From contig NC_068987.1 of NCBI RefSeq assembly GCF_001194135.2, positions 14,266,679-14,330,678 of the forward strand: a stretch of 64,000 nt of DNA, given 5' to 3'. Below are positions 23,600-36,329 of this stretch, one piece after another (within the stretch, counting starts at the first letter, position 1; each line of letters opens with the position of its first letter). The stretch comes from Octopus bimaculoides. Taxonomy: Eukaryota. The notes beneath the pieces were generated by a model that was given only the letters and a program-made list of their open reading frames with translations, was not told where the DNA came from and did no database searches. The position numbers and the translations under genes are program-made.

Positions 23600-23790
23600 T
23601 AATTTTTCTTATACCATTGTGATATCTATGGTAAAACATTCGTGTGGAACAGGCATTTTATTTGGCTCCTTAGCATAACCATGCAGTCGATAAATTATAT
23701 GTTTATACTGTGATAAAATGCAGTATAAAATTCTCACTGACCAATACATTAACGCTTTGTAAACATACTCATAGAGGTCATATTTTTCTG
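23600..23790 (+). pseudogene. Vestigial fingers downstream of the insertion
   Basis: taccattgtgatatctatggtaaaacattc (YHCDIYGKTF) and further decayed finger-like sequence. Confidence 0.65.
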
Positions 23791-25468
23791 GTAAAATATT
23801 CAGTAGTAACTGTCTTTTTTTAATTTTTAACTAATCTCAAATATATTAACCCAGTGGTGAAACTATTGTTGTCATAACTGGAGAGTATTGCATGATGAAA
23901 GAAACTGTTACATCATAATAATATATAATAATAGGGTGCCTATAGATGTTTTATATCAGAATTTATAGTAAATCTTGGGGAAAATGGATGAAATAGTATA
24001 TTGTGTTATTGTGACATTTTGATAGAATGATGTTAGAGAATGTCCTTTGCCTGTCCTGTGTATCACATTTTTGCGAGACATTTCCCTGGTGTCTGCACAT
24101 CATATATAATATGCATTTCCAATTTTTTCAACCACCACAGTAAAAATGGTTTAATGAAAAACCTGAGAACTTGGACATTTAGGACAAACTCACAGAAATG
24201 CTTTGGACAGGTGAAAAATTACCCCCCCCCCCCAAAAAAAAACGAAAAAAAAGAAACATTTTACCATTCTTAACATGCAAAATGTTCTGTTTTGTCATTA
24301 GCAGATTTTACTTATGGTTCAGGTCTAACAAAATAGTATAAAATAATATATATTGAAATGTAATTTCATAAATATGATTTATTCCTTTGGAAGTATTTCC
24401 ATATTTTATTCTTCCAATAGATTATTAATTTTTTGCCTCTAAATTGAAAGTAGGTTAAGGATATTTTTGTATCTTTTATTCCAGAACCCTCCACAAACTG
24501 CTGTTTTAAACATAGCCATTTGCTTGGTGAATTCTTAAATGATATAAATTTTGTATGTAATTTGCAATTGTATTTGATATAAATGTATGAATTTGTCTGT
24601 AAATTGATGCTATTTGCAAAATGCATTGTTTGCATTTCAAATTTTACTTTGGATTAACTTTAATAATAATAATTAGTCTTGTATGAACATTGTTAATTGT
24701 CATTCACAGCAGACAATAAATGTATATTTTGAAAAATGAATTGTTTTTTTTTATGTAACATTTTGTCCTTCAAAAGATTGTTTCTCATGGAATATTGTCT
24801 ATAAAAATATAAAGTGCCAATAAAAATAAATGTATTTATATAAAGAAATATGTGAAGTATAAAGAATGAATAAAATATATGAAATTATTTGAAAATAAAA
24901 GTATGCCCATGTTTGCTTTACTTTGTAAAAAATGGTTTCCATTTGTTTTGTTTTTTTTCAATTTTTGTCTTCCTAAAAGTTGCAGCCTATTTCAAGTTTT
25001 TCTGTTGTTCAGATCTCAGAGAAGCAGTTAAACAGATAGGAAGACTAGGTGCAAGCAAAGTCCTGCAAAAGATACAGATTGATCCTGGACACCAGATATG
25101 CTAAATGTAGAGTTTTGATTCGGACTTTATTAGTAATGTGAGTATTTGAGGAAGTATTACATAGCAAAGTTATCGACTGTGTGTTTGCAATAATGGTTTC
25201 TTTCTGCATATGGATGACAGATATGAAGTTTGTGTAAGGAATGAAGGACCATGGAATTCGAACCTAAATCCTCTTCATGCTTGTGTTAAAGATCCCAAGT
25301 TTTGTGTTTATTGATAAGGTAAGGTCTATGATCTCCAGATGAGTCTAAGCATTCTAAAGATAGATGTAGCTTTCTCATTCTTTGTTTTTATGTTCTGACC
25401 ACACTTCCCAGGTATTTGAATCGACTGACATCCTCATTTTCTTCTACTCTGGTTGTGATTGCATGCAC

Positions 25469-25846
25469 TACTCTCTTTTACTTGTTTCAGTCATTTGACT
25501 GCGGCCATGCTGGAGCACCGCGTTTTAGTTGAGCAAATCGACCCCAGGACTTATTCTTTGGAAGCCTAGTACTTATTCTATTGGTCTCTTTTGCCGAACT
25601 GCTAAGTTACGGGGGACGTAAACACACCACCATCGGTTGTCAAGCGATGCTGGGGGGGACAAACACAGACGCACAAACATATACACACATACATACATAC
25701 ATACACATATACGACAGGCTTCTTTCAGTTTCATCCTACCAAATCCACTCACAAGGCTATAGTAGAAGACACTTGCCCAAGGTGCCACGCAGTGGGAATG
25801 AACCCGAAACCATGTGGTTGGTAAGCAAGCTACTTACCACACAGCT
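25469..25846 (-). mobile_element. SINE family 1, near full length
   Basis: Same sequence as 9012-9400. Confidence 0.9.
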
Positions 25847-26161
25847 GGGGCATGGGACAAAAAGATTGAGAAACGCTGTTGTAAATCATTAGATGAAATC
25901 AGCTATTACAGTCACTGACATAGAGTTTCTTGAAGTTCGGTTGTATCACTCACACCTCAGCGAGTTTCTTTTACGTACATACAAACCAATGCAGGTTATA
26001 AAATTTCAACACTTCACTGAACAGTTATCGTCTCGCATTCAGATATAACCTAAATACCTCACACCTGACATGCCCTACATTTGTGAGGAGAGACCTTGAA
26101 AACATCCAATAAGAACAGGAAAATTCCACTGATAGTCACTATACATTTTTCAGCATCCCCT

Positions 26162-26199
<38 letters not shown>

Positions 26200-26244
26200 G
26201 ATATATATATACATACATATATGTGTGTGTGTGTGTGTGTGTGT

Positions 26245-26606
26245 GGAGGCGCAATGGCCCAGTGGTTAGGACAGCAGACTCGCGGTCATAGGATCGCGGT
26301 TTCGATTCCCAGACCGGGCGTTGTGAGTGTTTATTGAGCGAAAACATCTAAAGCTCCACGAGGCTCCGGTAGGGGATGGTGGCGAACCCTGCTGTACTCT
26401 TTCACTACAACTTTCTCTCACTCTTACTTCCTGTTTCTGTTGTGCCTGTAATTCAAAGGGTCAGCCTTGTCACACTGTGTCACGCTGAATATCCCCGAGA
26501 ACTTCGTTAAGGGTACACGTGTCTGTGGAGTGCTCAGCCACTTGCACGTTAATTTCACGAGCAGGCTGTTCCGGTGATCGGATCAACTGGAACCCTCGAC
26601 GTCGTA
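26245..26606 (+). mobile_element. tRNA-derived SINE, family 3, apparently young
   Basis: ggaggcgcaaTGGCCCAGTGGttagg (A box) and GGTTTCGATTCCC (B box), followed by about 280 nt of non-tRNA body. CpGs retained; inserted in (TG)n. Confidence 0.85.
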
Positions 26607-27361
26607 TATATATGAAAGGTTTGAAAATGCAATTTTAAAGATGTTTATTCACTTGACCAGTTTCACTTTTTTAGAAAAAGATTGTCAAAAGTAAAATGTA
26701 AAGCTTTGTATAAGCTTTGTTGTGTTAAATACTAGTTGTCACAAAAGTATTAAAATGCATATATACATTCTTTGATAGCGAATAGCGTTGCCTGCGTTAC
26801 CTTCCCTCAGACCGAAAGGAATGAAAAGGCCGAGCAGGCAAAGAGTCAAACTGTAGGCAATGAAACAGGTGATTGTTCGTATTACACAAGGAGGAGCAGG
26901 GACACAAAGAGCGTGGAAAAGGGATAAATCATGGAAACGGCAATATGTAAACAATGCATGCAAATACAAGATTATGCGAATAAAGGAATAGAAACATGTA
27001 AAAACAAACGCATGTAACAGATGAAATACGTGTAATAAAATGTGCAAAGAGAAAATGCAGCAAAATAGTTTGTTAAACTGTAGTTTGTTGAAAACAGATT
27101 GAATATCAACAGGCACAGTTTATGTTAATACGAAAGGTGATTAAATATAGATAGTTTTGGACAGTTTATGTGGCTAAGTTCGTGCGACATAAGGTGAAGT
27201 TGAATGTGATGCTTGCGAATGTTGTTTGGAAGCATGTAAGGATGTTTGAGATTGAAAGTGGAGTGAATGTGACAGGTATGTCAGGTAGTGGAATAAGACT
27301 CAGAGAAAGCCTTCTTTACTCTGTCAAGAGATACGGTCTCTTTCCGACCGTTAATGTCCAA

Positions 27362-27537
27362 CATCCTTTGACAACCGATGGTGGTGTGTTTACGTCCCCG
27401 TAACCTAGCGGTTCGGCAAAAGAGACCGATGGAATAAGTACTAGGCTTCCAAAGAATAAGTCCTGGGGTCGACTAAAGGCGGTGCTCCAGCATGGCCGCA
27501 GTCGAATGACTGAAACAAGTAAAAGAATAAAAGAAAA
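27362..27537 (+). mobile_element. SINE family 1, 3' half
   Basis: gacaaccgatggtggtgtgtttacgtcccc...gactgaaacaagtaaaagaataaaag. Confidence 0.85.
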
Positions 27538-28606
27538 TCTACACAGTATCCCAGCCAGTGACACAATCTGTTCCATCAAGTGACAGCTGAGTTAAGGACC
27601 AAGGAAGATAACTCTAATAAAATTTAGCTGAAACCATCGTCAGCCATTTTACGATGTTTTTCTACGTATATACTGGTAATGTGTTAGAACTGTCAATATT
27701 ATTACTTTAAAAAACGGATGAAGGCACAATAAGACGGTAAGTAGATCTTTGAAGATATATCTGCTGGTTGTTTTGTTTTTAGTTCAGTTTAAGTCTTAAG
27801 GAGATCCAGCTACAAAGAGACTTTAATGCAGTCTATAAACATATGATAAATTGCTCGTGAAGTAACCGTTAACTGTTGATGTCGTTATTCGTAGGATGAC
27901 TAACGATATTTTTTAGCTTCTGTGAATAATATATTTTTCATATATTTAACTGATCTATATTTTCCTGGTTGAGTGGCCAAGGCCCACTCTACTACAAGAC
28001 GTTAAAACCTCTGTTCCTGGCGTGCGCTGTCACTCCCTTTTCATTACTCTTGACCTATCAACAACACCACATATTATAATGTCTCTTCTGAATTCTTTTC
28101 ATGACGAAGTTGGATCCTCATTCTTGACAATCGTTTTATTGTAGTTTAGATGTACTATTAAGGTGTATTAAAATAATTTACATTATTATAGCGGCGTAAA
28201 ATCTTTAGGGTCATCCTTCAAGTTTTTTGTTTTTTCTTCTGATTCAGCTCAAACCGCCCTTCGTTTTCATATATGTAAAAGGAGAAAATTAAAAGGAATA
28301 TAAGGACTGCTCATGTTAGTTTGTTATTTGGAGAGAGAGAGAGAGAGAGAATGGGTTGGAAGGTTCTGAGGTTCATGACACAAACAGTTCTTTCATTACT
28401 TTAATTTAATACGTTTTAAAACATGCGGAAATCTATATTCAAATAGTCCTGGTACTTGTGGGTGGTGGCTCTCCTCTCACCAGTATATTCAATCCATTTA
28501 TTTTGATGTTTAGTGCCCATATTCTGTCCAGCAGAATTGGGACACGATTAGATTGTTCAGACATTACTTAATTGACATGGTTTTATTGCAACTATCCTTA
28601 TATATA

Positions 28607-28681
28607 NNNNNNNNNNNNNNNNNNNNNNNNNNNNNNNNNNNNNNNNNNNNNNNNNNNNNNNNNNNNNNNNNNNNNNNNNNN
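28607..28681. other. Assembly gap
   Basis: Run of N within (TA)n. Confidence 1.
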
Positions 28682-29757
28682 TATATATATATATATATAT
28701 ATGTATGCATACATATTAGAAAGAAACGGCAACAGAAATAGTATAGTGACAGACTAAATGGTTTGTGGCATCTCACTCTATTCTTGCATTCTGAGTTAAA
28801 ACTCTCCTAAAGCTGACTTCGTTTTTCAAATCTTCAGCATTGAGGAAATATTTACTTTGTTAGTGTCAGTTCAACTGGTATACCTCCTTTCTGAACAATA
28901 ATTTAAGGGTTTGTACTAAATTTAGAAATCATCGTCAGCATTTTTATTATCATAATAATTGTTATTTGTCTAGATGAAAATCTTAATTCCTTTTTATACA
29001 ACACACCCTTCCATAATAAATTTCCTGTAAACATTCCAATGTCTTCATTGCTGCTGATTCTTCCACAATGATTTCCTTTCAAGACCATCTCTGCCACATA
29101 TCCATACCATTGCATCTTTTCTTTGTAGATATCATATATGTTGTGCTTTGTGTTTTTATATTTAATATATTTGGTTAAGTTTTTTTCTAATAATCTCAGC
29201 ATTAACATTTCATTGTTTCTTATATTATGCATGGTTTTATCATTTCAGGAAATGTTTTACCAATCAAGGAATGATATTAAGAATGTGGAAATCAGAAAAA
29301 TGACATTTTCAGGAAGATGTGTAAGATCAGGGATATAGACTTGAAGAAATTTCCTTTGCTGACTGAAAGTAATTCTTAGATTGTTTTGTATTGCGGATAA
29401 ACTTGATATATTTATAAAAGAAACCTTGAACAGACTATTATTATAACTGGAACATATAGCTTGAATTTTGGTGGCTCATTTCTGACTACAGAGATAAAGA
29501 ATGTGCAATGAATCCCATCTAATGAACTTTGGAAGGATTTCTTTATAGCTGAGAAATATTTACAAATATTTTCAACTTTTGATGTTTACTGTTAGAGATA
29601 ATAAATTTGGTAGCAAGTTTTGAACTCTTGACTTTGTGGAGGACAACAGCCAAGTGTGGTAACCATAACAACATGGTGTTTCATAGATGGATGCATCATC
29701 ATTAAATGATTTAAAGGAAAGGATTATTCTTGAATTTATTAAACACTAATTGATATT

Positions 29758-30537
29758 ATGGAAGAGAAAGTGTGTGAGAGTCAGGTTAATGGAGAAACAC
29801 AACCTGATATTAAAGATGTATCTCACATGGCACAAGTATGGATAAACAAGAAATCATATACGTGTGGTATCTGCTTTAAAGCATTCTCTCAGAATGGACT
29901 TTTGACAAGTCACAAGCGTATTCATAAAGGTGAGAGACCCTATCACTGCAATGTATGTGGTAAAGCATTTTTTGAAAGTTCAACATTAACTCGCCATATA
30001 TGTACTCACACAGGTGAGAAACCATATCATTGTGATATCTGTGGTAAATCATTCTCCCGAAAAGAACATTTAACTATTCATAAACGTATTCATACAGGTG
30101 AGAAACCATATCATTGTGATATCTGTGGTAAAACTTTCTCACAATGTAATAAATTAACGAGCCATAAAAGTATTCATACAGGTGAGAAACCATACTGCTG
30201 TGATAACTGTAGTAAAACATTCTCTCGGAAAGAACATTTGACTCTTCACATACGTATTCACACAGGTGAGAAACCATATCACTGCGATGTTTGTGGTAAA
30301 ACATTCTCTCGAAAACAACAATTGATAAGTCACAAACGCACTCATACAGGCGAGAAACCATATCACTGTGATATTTGTGGTCAAACATTCTCACACAATA
30401 GCACATTAAAAATTCATAAACGTATTCACACTGGTGAGAGACCATACCAGTGTGATATTTGCAGTAAGACATTCTCACACAAGAGCAATTTAACTATTCA
30501 CCGACGTAATCACACAAATGAGAAACTATATGACTGA
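29758..30537 (+). CDS. C2H2 zinc-finger protein C (259 aa; 8 intact fingers)
   Basis: Open ORF with canonical HTGEKPYHC linkers and the shared 33-aa leader. Confidence 0.95.
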   Translation: MEEKVCESQVNGETQPDIKDVSHMAQVWINKKSYTCGICFKAFSQNGLLTSHKRIHKGERPYHCNVCGKAFFESSTLTRHICTHTGEKPYHCDICGKSFSRKEHLTIHKRIHTGEKPYHCDICGKTFSQCNKLTSHKSIHTGEKPYCCDNCSKTFSRKEHLTLHIRIHTGEKPYHCDVCGKTFSRKQQLISHKRTHTGEKPYHCDICGQTFSHNSTLKIHKRIHTGERPYQCDICSKTFSHKSNLTIHRRNHTNEKLYD

Positions 30538-31149
30538 TATCTTTGAGACATCATCTCACCAGAGATGGAAAATGCTAATTTGAAATATATGTAGATATAA
30601 ATAATGTTTTCTAATGTTGGCATAAAATTACAAATTTTCAAGGAGTCAATTAGATCAATCTAGTTTTTCACTGGTATTTCTCTTATTGATCCATGATGGA
30701 TCAAAGGTAAGGTTATTCCTGGTGGAACTTAAACCCAGTTTGCAAAGGGATCATCATTATCCTTTAATGTCTGTTTTCCATGCTGGTATGGGTTGGACTA
30801 ATTGGATGTAATTTGATGTAACTGAATATTTTGTTCACTTTTCTACTGATTCTGTTAATCCCATTGACCTGTTTGACATAGATATTAAAAACTATTCCAT
30901 CTCTAAAAATGAGGATAATAGTCCTAAAAATTATCTTATGAACAATTCTTGTCACATATTTAGATATTTAAGTAAGTTTGTGTAATTATACTTTGTAAAA
31001 ATATACAAAACTATCTGTAAAAATATTCCTATATGAAATAATTCTGAAATTATTTATTGTTGATAAGCTTTAAATCTAGTTTCCTACATGAGGCACAGTT
31101 CATCTCAAATTATTTTCAGTCTTTGAAGTGGTGTGTGGTTTTACAATAA

Positions 31150-31810
31150 ATCAGATCTAATTTCACCTGTTGTGGGTATGTTAGTGGAGAAAAGAATGGA
31201 AGTGTGCTTGGATCCATTGGAAGCCAATGAAGACACACTTATTTTTATGATGTGGTGACAGGATCATAAAAATATAACACCAGTTGTATTTTATGATCTG
31301 GAGATCAACGCTCTTTACATGCAATGGTGTCTTGTCCAAGGCCTAAAAAAATTCAAGAGCCAGCAATCAGCTCACAAAGTCATGGTGATTGCTATTTGAG
31401 AAGTTAAGGGCATTATTCTCCTTGACTTTCTGGAATGTGGTTGTACTGTGAACAGTGAGCGGTACATTGAGACATCCAAACAATTTAGAGAAATCATTAG
31501 GTGGAAGAGATTGAACAAGAATTTGAAAATGATCCACATTTATTATGACAATATATGATCTCACAACAATCAGGCAACAAGCAAATTGTATTGGTTAGTG
31601 GTCCCTCATAACTTCAGATCTGTTGCCTTTGAATTTCCACCTATTTGGTCTGATGTATGAATCTTTTTGGGGACAACAATTTGAAGATACAAACGAGGTG
31701 AAAGTGGCTGAGAAGAAGTGAGTACAACAGTGCAAACCTGATTGAAGAGTTGGGTTCATTGTAGGTACAAATGCATCACTTTTGATGGGGATATGTTGTG
31801 TAGTACCTTT
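31150..31810 (+). pseudogene. Mariner transposase fossil (catalytic domain)
   Basis: FKSQQSAHKVMVIAI*EVKGIILLDFLECGCTVNSERYIETS, TSDLLPLNFHLFG (cf. YSPDLAPSDFHLF) and KCITFDGD, with stops and frameshifts. Confidence 0.85.
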
Positions 31811-32049
31811 GTATAGAGGAAGATTTACTCTATCAATATATGCAATTTGAATGATGTATATCAGTTAATAAAAAAGTTATGCTTACTTATATAAGCTTAT
31901 ATGAATATAAGCAAGAGGATAAGTACTTTATTGCATAATGGAGCCATTTTCAGCAGGGTTATTGAATTCTATAGTGAAACACAGTAATGTATTTGATGTC
32001 AAGAAAGAATGAATTAATTATCAGCATTGTCTAGCAACCACTCCCAAAA

Positions 32050-32475
32050 ACACTAAGAAAATGAACATCATATGATATAACTCACCACAACATTAGTGTA
32101 AACATCAATGTTGCAAAATATTTCTTTCCCTTAATCAGAATACATTTAATTAACAGCTATTTCTCTTAACTGTACATAAAGGTGAAGCTATTCTTCACCT
32201 TTTTATCCAGCATAAAGATGAGTTACAGCCACGTGGAAAACTTGTAATAATTAAAATGCACTAGGTAAAAGTATAACAAGCATGCATAGAGCAAAGGGAG
32301 TTGATATGCAATTACTGAAATATAAACTCCTCTCCAAACTACTAAAGAAGAAATTCCTAGAGAAAGGCATTATATATTGTGCTGATGTCTCTAACAGCCA
32401 TACATTAACAAACTATATAGGGCTTACAGAGCACTGCTTCAAATGTCTTGTGCTCCAGCTCAACAGTTCATTCCT
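32050..32475 (+). mobile_element. Decayed Penelope-like element: RT C-terminus/linker and GIY-YIG endonuclease
   Basis: NII*YNSP, SVNINVAKYFFPLI, SIKMSYSHVENL, then GIIYCADVSNSHTLTNYIGLTEHCFK (cf. IIWFNPP, VKVSYSC, IIY..YIGLTE..FK). Confidence 0.75.
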
Positions 32476-32544
32476 TTATGGCCATTCCATCTATTTGTAT
32501 ATTCAGGACTTCATTATTGACTGTGTCTTTCACTTCACAAGTCT

Positions 32545-32720
32545 TCATCATCGTTTTAATGTCCACATCTCCATGCTTACATGGATTGGATGGATTTTAT
32601 TGAGGACGAGTTTCTATGGCCACCAGATGCCCTTCTTGTTGTTAACCCCAACTAACCTGTTTCTAAGCAAAGTGATATTTCACCATGGCCAGAGATATTT
32701 CCTGAGAAACGAATGGAGCT
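32545..32720 (-). mobile_element. RTE-tail-related fragment
   Basis: catcatcgttttaatgtccacatctccatgctt...gatgcccttcttgtt. Confidence 0.6.
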
Positions 32721-33611
32721 ACTTTGATGTTATTGATGAGGTACGGGTCAATCCTGATTGAATAGATCTATAGGATCAAGGGCGTTCCAGAAGTAACTAT
32801 CCCATCTACTTATACATGAGGGACTTAATGTCATAGTCAAGACATTCTATTTTATTGAAACAGATCAGTTATTGCTTGAGGGAAATTTGGTTATTATTCC
32901 TAGCAAGTTCAGCAATCAGTGGCTCTCAACCTTATTAATATCCAGGCCAGAGCCAAAACTGGGACATTTTTAGGGGGCTGCACCAAAACTAGCAAGACAT
33001 AGGTCAATTAAAGAAAATGTTATTATATTTATAAAAGGAAGATCGTCGGGGCCTGTCGGAAAGATGCTTGAGGGCCGCAGTTGATATGTGCTGGTTTATG
33101 TCTTAAGATCGACATTAGTTATACAATTATTAAAGGGAAATAATCCAGGAATAGCATTTTTTGGCAGTAATCTCCCTTAAGATTGTAGCATTACACAGAG
33201 CCTTTTGCTTTTTCTGTCATTTTGTCATAATTTGAAACTTTGAAGATATACTGTTTTAATGATAGACATCAGACTATAAAAAAGAAAAGACATACTCACT
33301 ATATTTATAAATAAAATTCACTAAATCTACAACATTTATTCATCTAGTTTAAGTTCAGTATGCTAAATTATTTAATATAAACATTTGAATACAATTGAAG
33401 CATATGATACACTTTGGATGTTAACCAGAAGCGCTGACAGGTTTTCTAAAAGGCATATTAAACATTTCATTCACTGTCTGTAGTTTCATAATATCAGCTT
33501 CTTTACTGGTGGTGGTGATGGTGGGGGGTTAGTAATTTTTAATTTTCAGTCATTGCATGTGTAATTACAAAGTGAATGACTAATTAATTGAAAATTAATA
33601 ATGAATACTAA

Positions 33612-33751
33612 ACAGGGCATGGGCAAAAGTAGGTATACTGTTGCTAAATATGAGTGGAATGTTCTTGCCATTCTTATTCTAAAAAAGAAATAGAGAAATG
33701 AAAAGGACATTCCAATTAAGCAACTGTATATCTACTTTTGCCACCCCTGTA
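33612..33751. mobile_element. Tc1/mariner-type MITE, about 140 bp
   Basis: acagggcatgggcaaaagtaggtatactgttg / caactgtatatctacttttgccacccctgta inverted ends. Confidence 0.75.
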
Positions 33752-34560
33752 TATGTATGTATATATGCATGTATATGCCCGAAGCTCGTCGAAACGCCGG
33801 TGTTAAAACGTGGGTAGCTGATGAAGTAGAATGTTCTCTATGTGGCTCGTGTGTTTTCTCGTCTACGTTTGTTTGCAATGTCCTGTACCCAGATATGCAC
33901 CTATACATACAGGTGGATGTCGGTATGCACATACCTGTACGTATATATGCATATACTCATTTACTATTTGTATATATATATATATATAAAATACAAAATG
34001 GGATAAGGATGCAAAACATCCAGACAGTTAGGTGATACAAAAAAGGGACAACAAAACATCTAGACAGACGATACAAAGAAAACAAGGACGGGTCATTCGG
34101 AGTTTTCTATCCTCAGTCGAGTTTCAGCTGGTTATACTTGAGATTGCTCTAACATGGCCCACCCCAAGGAAAAACTAAGCTAAGAGCATTAGATTCCTTG
34201 GAAGAAAGCAGCTAATATATACGAAAACAAGGATGGAAAAAAAAACGAAGAATGTTACACAAATACAAATAACAGGACATAACAACAGGTGTCTTTCGAC
34301 TAAGGACAAATTAAATTAAGCTGGCGTATGTGGAAATAAAACCTTACGGCAAGGATGCAAGATTTCACAGGCACAGGGAGGAATATAAATGTTGCACAGA
34401 TGGCGGCCGAACCAAGAAAGAAAGGTCAGGCTTGGCCAAACACTCATCACGTGGGGAGAGAAGAGAGTGAGGTAGAGGCAGAGGGACAGAAGAATTAAGG
34501 AGGGGCGAGAAAAAATGACAGGGACACAGTGAAGTGAAACGAGAGGTGCAAGCCTGACTG
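33752..34560. repeat. Unclassified interspersed repeat
   Basis: CpG-retaining. The segment gtcctgtacccagatatg...gatgtcggtatg recurs at about 53930-53980. Confidence 0.45.
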
Positions 34561-34634
34561 TGGGTAAAAAGCTTGCTTTGCAACCATGTGGTTTTATATA
34601 TACATACACACACACACACACACATATGTATATA

Positions 34635-35022
34635 TCTTGTTTGTTGTTAACACAGTGTTTCAGCTGATATACCCTCCAGCCTTCATCAGGTGTCTGGGGA
34701 AGTTTTGAACCTGGGTTCTCATTCCTAAGGTATTTTTCGATATTATTTGGTATAATGGTTAAGAGCGCAGGCTATTAACCCCCAAATTCCAGGTTTGATT
34801 CCAAGCAGTGACCTGAATAATAATAATCATAATAATAATAATAATAATAACATCGAAAAATACCTTAGGAATGGGAACCCAGGTTCGAAGTTTCCCCAAG
34901 ACACCTGGTGAAGGCTGGAGGGTATGTCGGCTGAAATGTTGTGTTAACAACAAACAAGATGCGGACAAATATCTATCAAATGTAAATAATGTACATAATT
35001 CCTCATCTCTTAAATATAGAAC
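34635..35022. mobile_element. Hammerhead-bearing tRNA-SINE, inverted dimer copy A
   Basis: Minus arm 34635-34747 is the reverse complement of part of plus arm 34748-35022, which carries the tRNA head, (AAT)n and a mutated ribozyme core. Confidence 0.85.
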
Positions 35023-35069
35023 AGAATTCTTTCTCTCCCATTTTTTCCTCTCATAACCTTTCTGTTCAA

Positions 35070-35270
35070 AAGCCTGACTGGCCCTCGTGCCGGTGGCACG
35101 TAAAAGCACCCACTACACTCTCAGAGTGGTTGGCGTTAGGAAGGGCATCAAGCTGTAGAAACTCTGCTAAATCAGATTGGAGCCTGGTGTCACCTCCTGG
35201 TCCACTAGTCTTCAGTCAAATTGTCCAGCCCATGCTAGCATGGAAAGCGGACGTTAAACGACGATGATGA
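35070..35270 (+). mobile_element. RTE-type LINE 3' tail
   Basis: ggcgttaggaagggcatc...gacgttaaacgacgatgatg. Confidence 0.75.
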
Positions 35271-35476
35271 TGTACATATGTACATATATTTGTGTGTGTG
35301 TGCATTTGTATCCTGGCCATCACTTGACAACTGATGCTGGTGTGCTTATGTAACTTAGTTCAGCAAAAGATACCAGTAGAATAGGTACAAGGCCTACAAA
35401 AGATAAGTCCTGGGGTCGCTTTCTTCGACTAAAACCCTTTAAGGTGGTGCTCCAGTATGACAGAGTGTTAGCATAG

Positions 35477-35640
35477 TTGGGCATAAGGAGCATCAGATGT
35501 GGTGTGCAAAAGAGATGACTGCATTGGTATGGTCATATGATGCATATGGATGAGGACAGCTGTGTAAAGAAGTGCTGATCTCCAACTTCGGAGGGAACCT
35601 GTGAAAGAGGTAGACCTAGGAAGACATGCGACATGTAAGT
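35477..35640 (+). mobile_element. RTE LINE ORF C-terminal fragment
   Basis: LGIRSIRCGVQKR*LHWYGHMMHMDEDSCVKKC*...GRPRKT (cf. RLRWYGHVMR...RGRPRKTW). Confidence 0.8.
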
Positions 35641-35713
35641 CTTGTGAGTGGATTTGATTGATGGAAACTGAATGAATCCCATCGTGTATATATATATATA
35701 TATATATATATAT

Positions 35714-36296
35714 NNNNNNNNNNNNNNNNNNNNNNNNNNNNNNNNNNNNNNNNNNNNNNNNNNNNNNNNNNNNNNNNNNNNNNNNNNNNNNNNNNNNNNN
35801 NNNNNNNNNNNNNNNNNNNNNNNNNNNNNNNNNNNNNNNNNNNNNNNNNNNNNNNNNNNNNNNNNNNNNNNNNNNNNNNNNNNNNNNNNNNNNNNNNNNN
35901 NNNNNNNNNNNNNNNNNNNNNNNNNNNNNNNNNNNNNNNNNNNNNNNNNNNNNNNNNNNNNNNNNNNNNNNNNNNNNNNNNNNNNNNNNNNNNNNNNNNN
36001 NNNNNNNNNNNNNNNNNNNNNNNNNNNNNNNNNNNNNNNNNNNNNNNNNNNNNNNNNNNNNNNNNNNNNNNNNNNNNNNNNNNNNNNNNNNNNNNNNNNN
36101 NNNNNNNNNNNNNNNNNNNNNNNNNNNNNNNNNNNNNNNNNNNNNNNNNNNNNNNNNNNNNNNNNNNNNNNNNNNNNNNNNNNNNNNNNNNNNNNNNNNN
36201 NNNNNNNNNNNNNNNNNNNNNNNNNNNNNNNNNNNNNNNNNNNNNNNNNNNNNNNNNNNNNNNNNNNNNNNNNNNNNNNNNNNNNNNNNNNNNNNN
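35714..36296. other. Assembly gap
   Basis: Run of N within (TA)n. Confidence 1.

Positions 36297-36327
<31 letters not shown>

Positions 36328-36329
<2 letters not shown>

Noticed and set aside
26245-26320. Possible tRNA gene (also 52184-52256)
   Set aside because: A and B boxes are present, but there is no proper acceptor stem and the sequence continues into SINE bodies.
32917-33085. hAT-like MITE beginning cagtggctctcaacc
   Set aside because: Only one recognisable end; no matching TIR or 8-bp duplication.
33775-33860. cccgaagctcgtcgaaacg and ctgatgaagtag motifs
   Set aside because: Neither has both core halves with a valid helix II.
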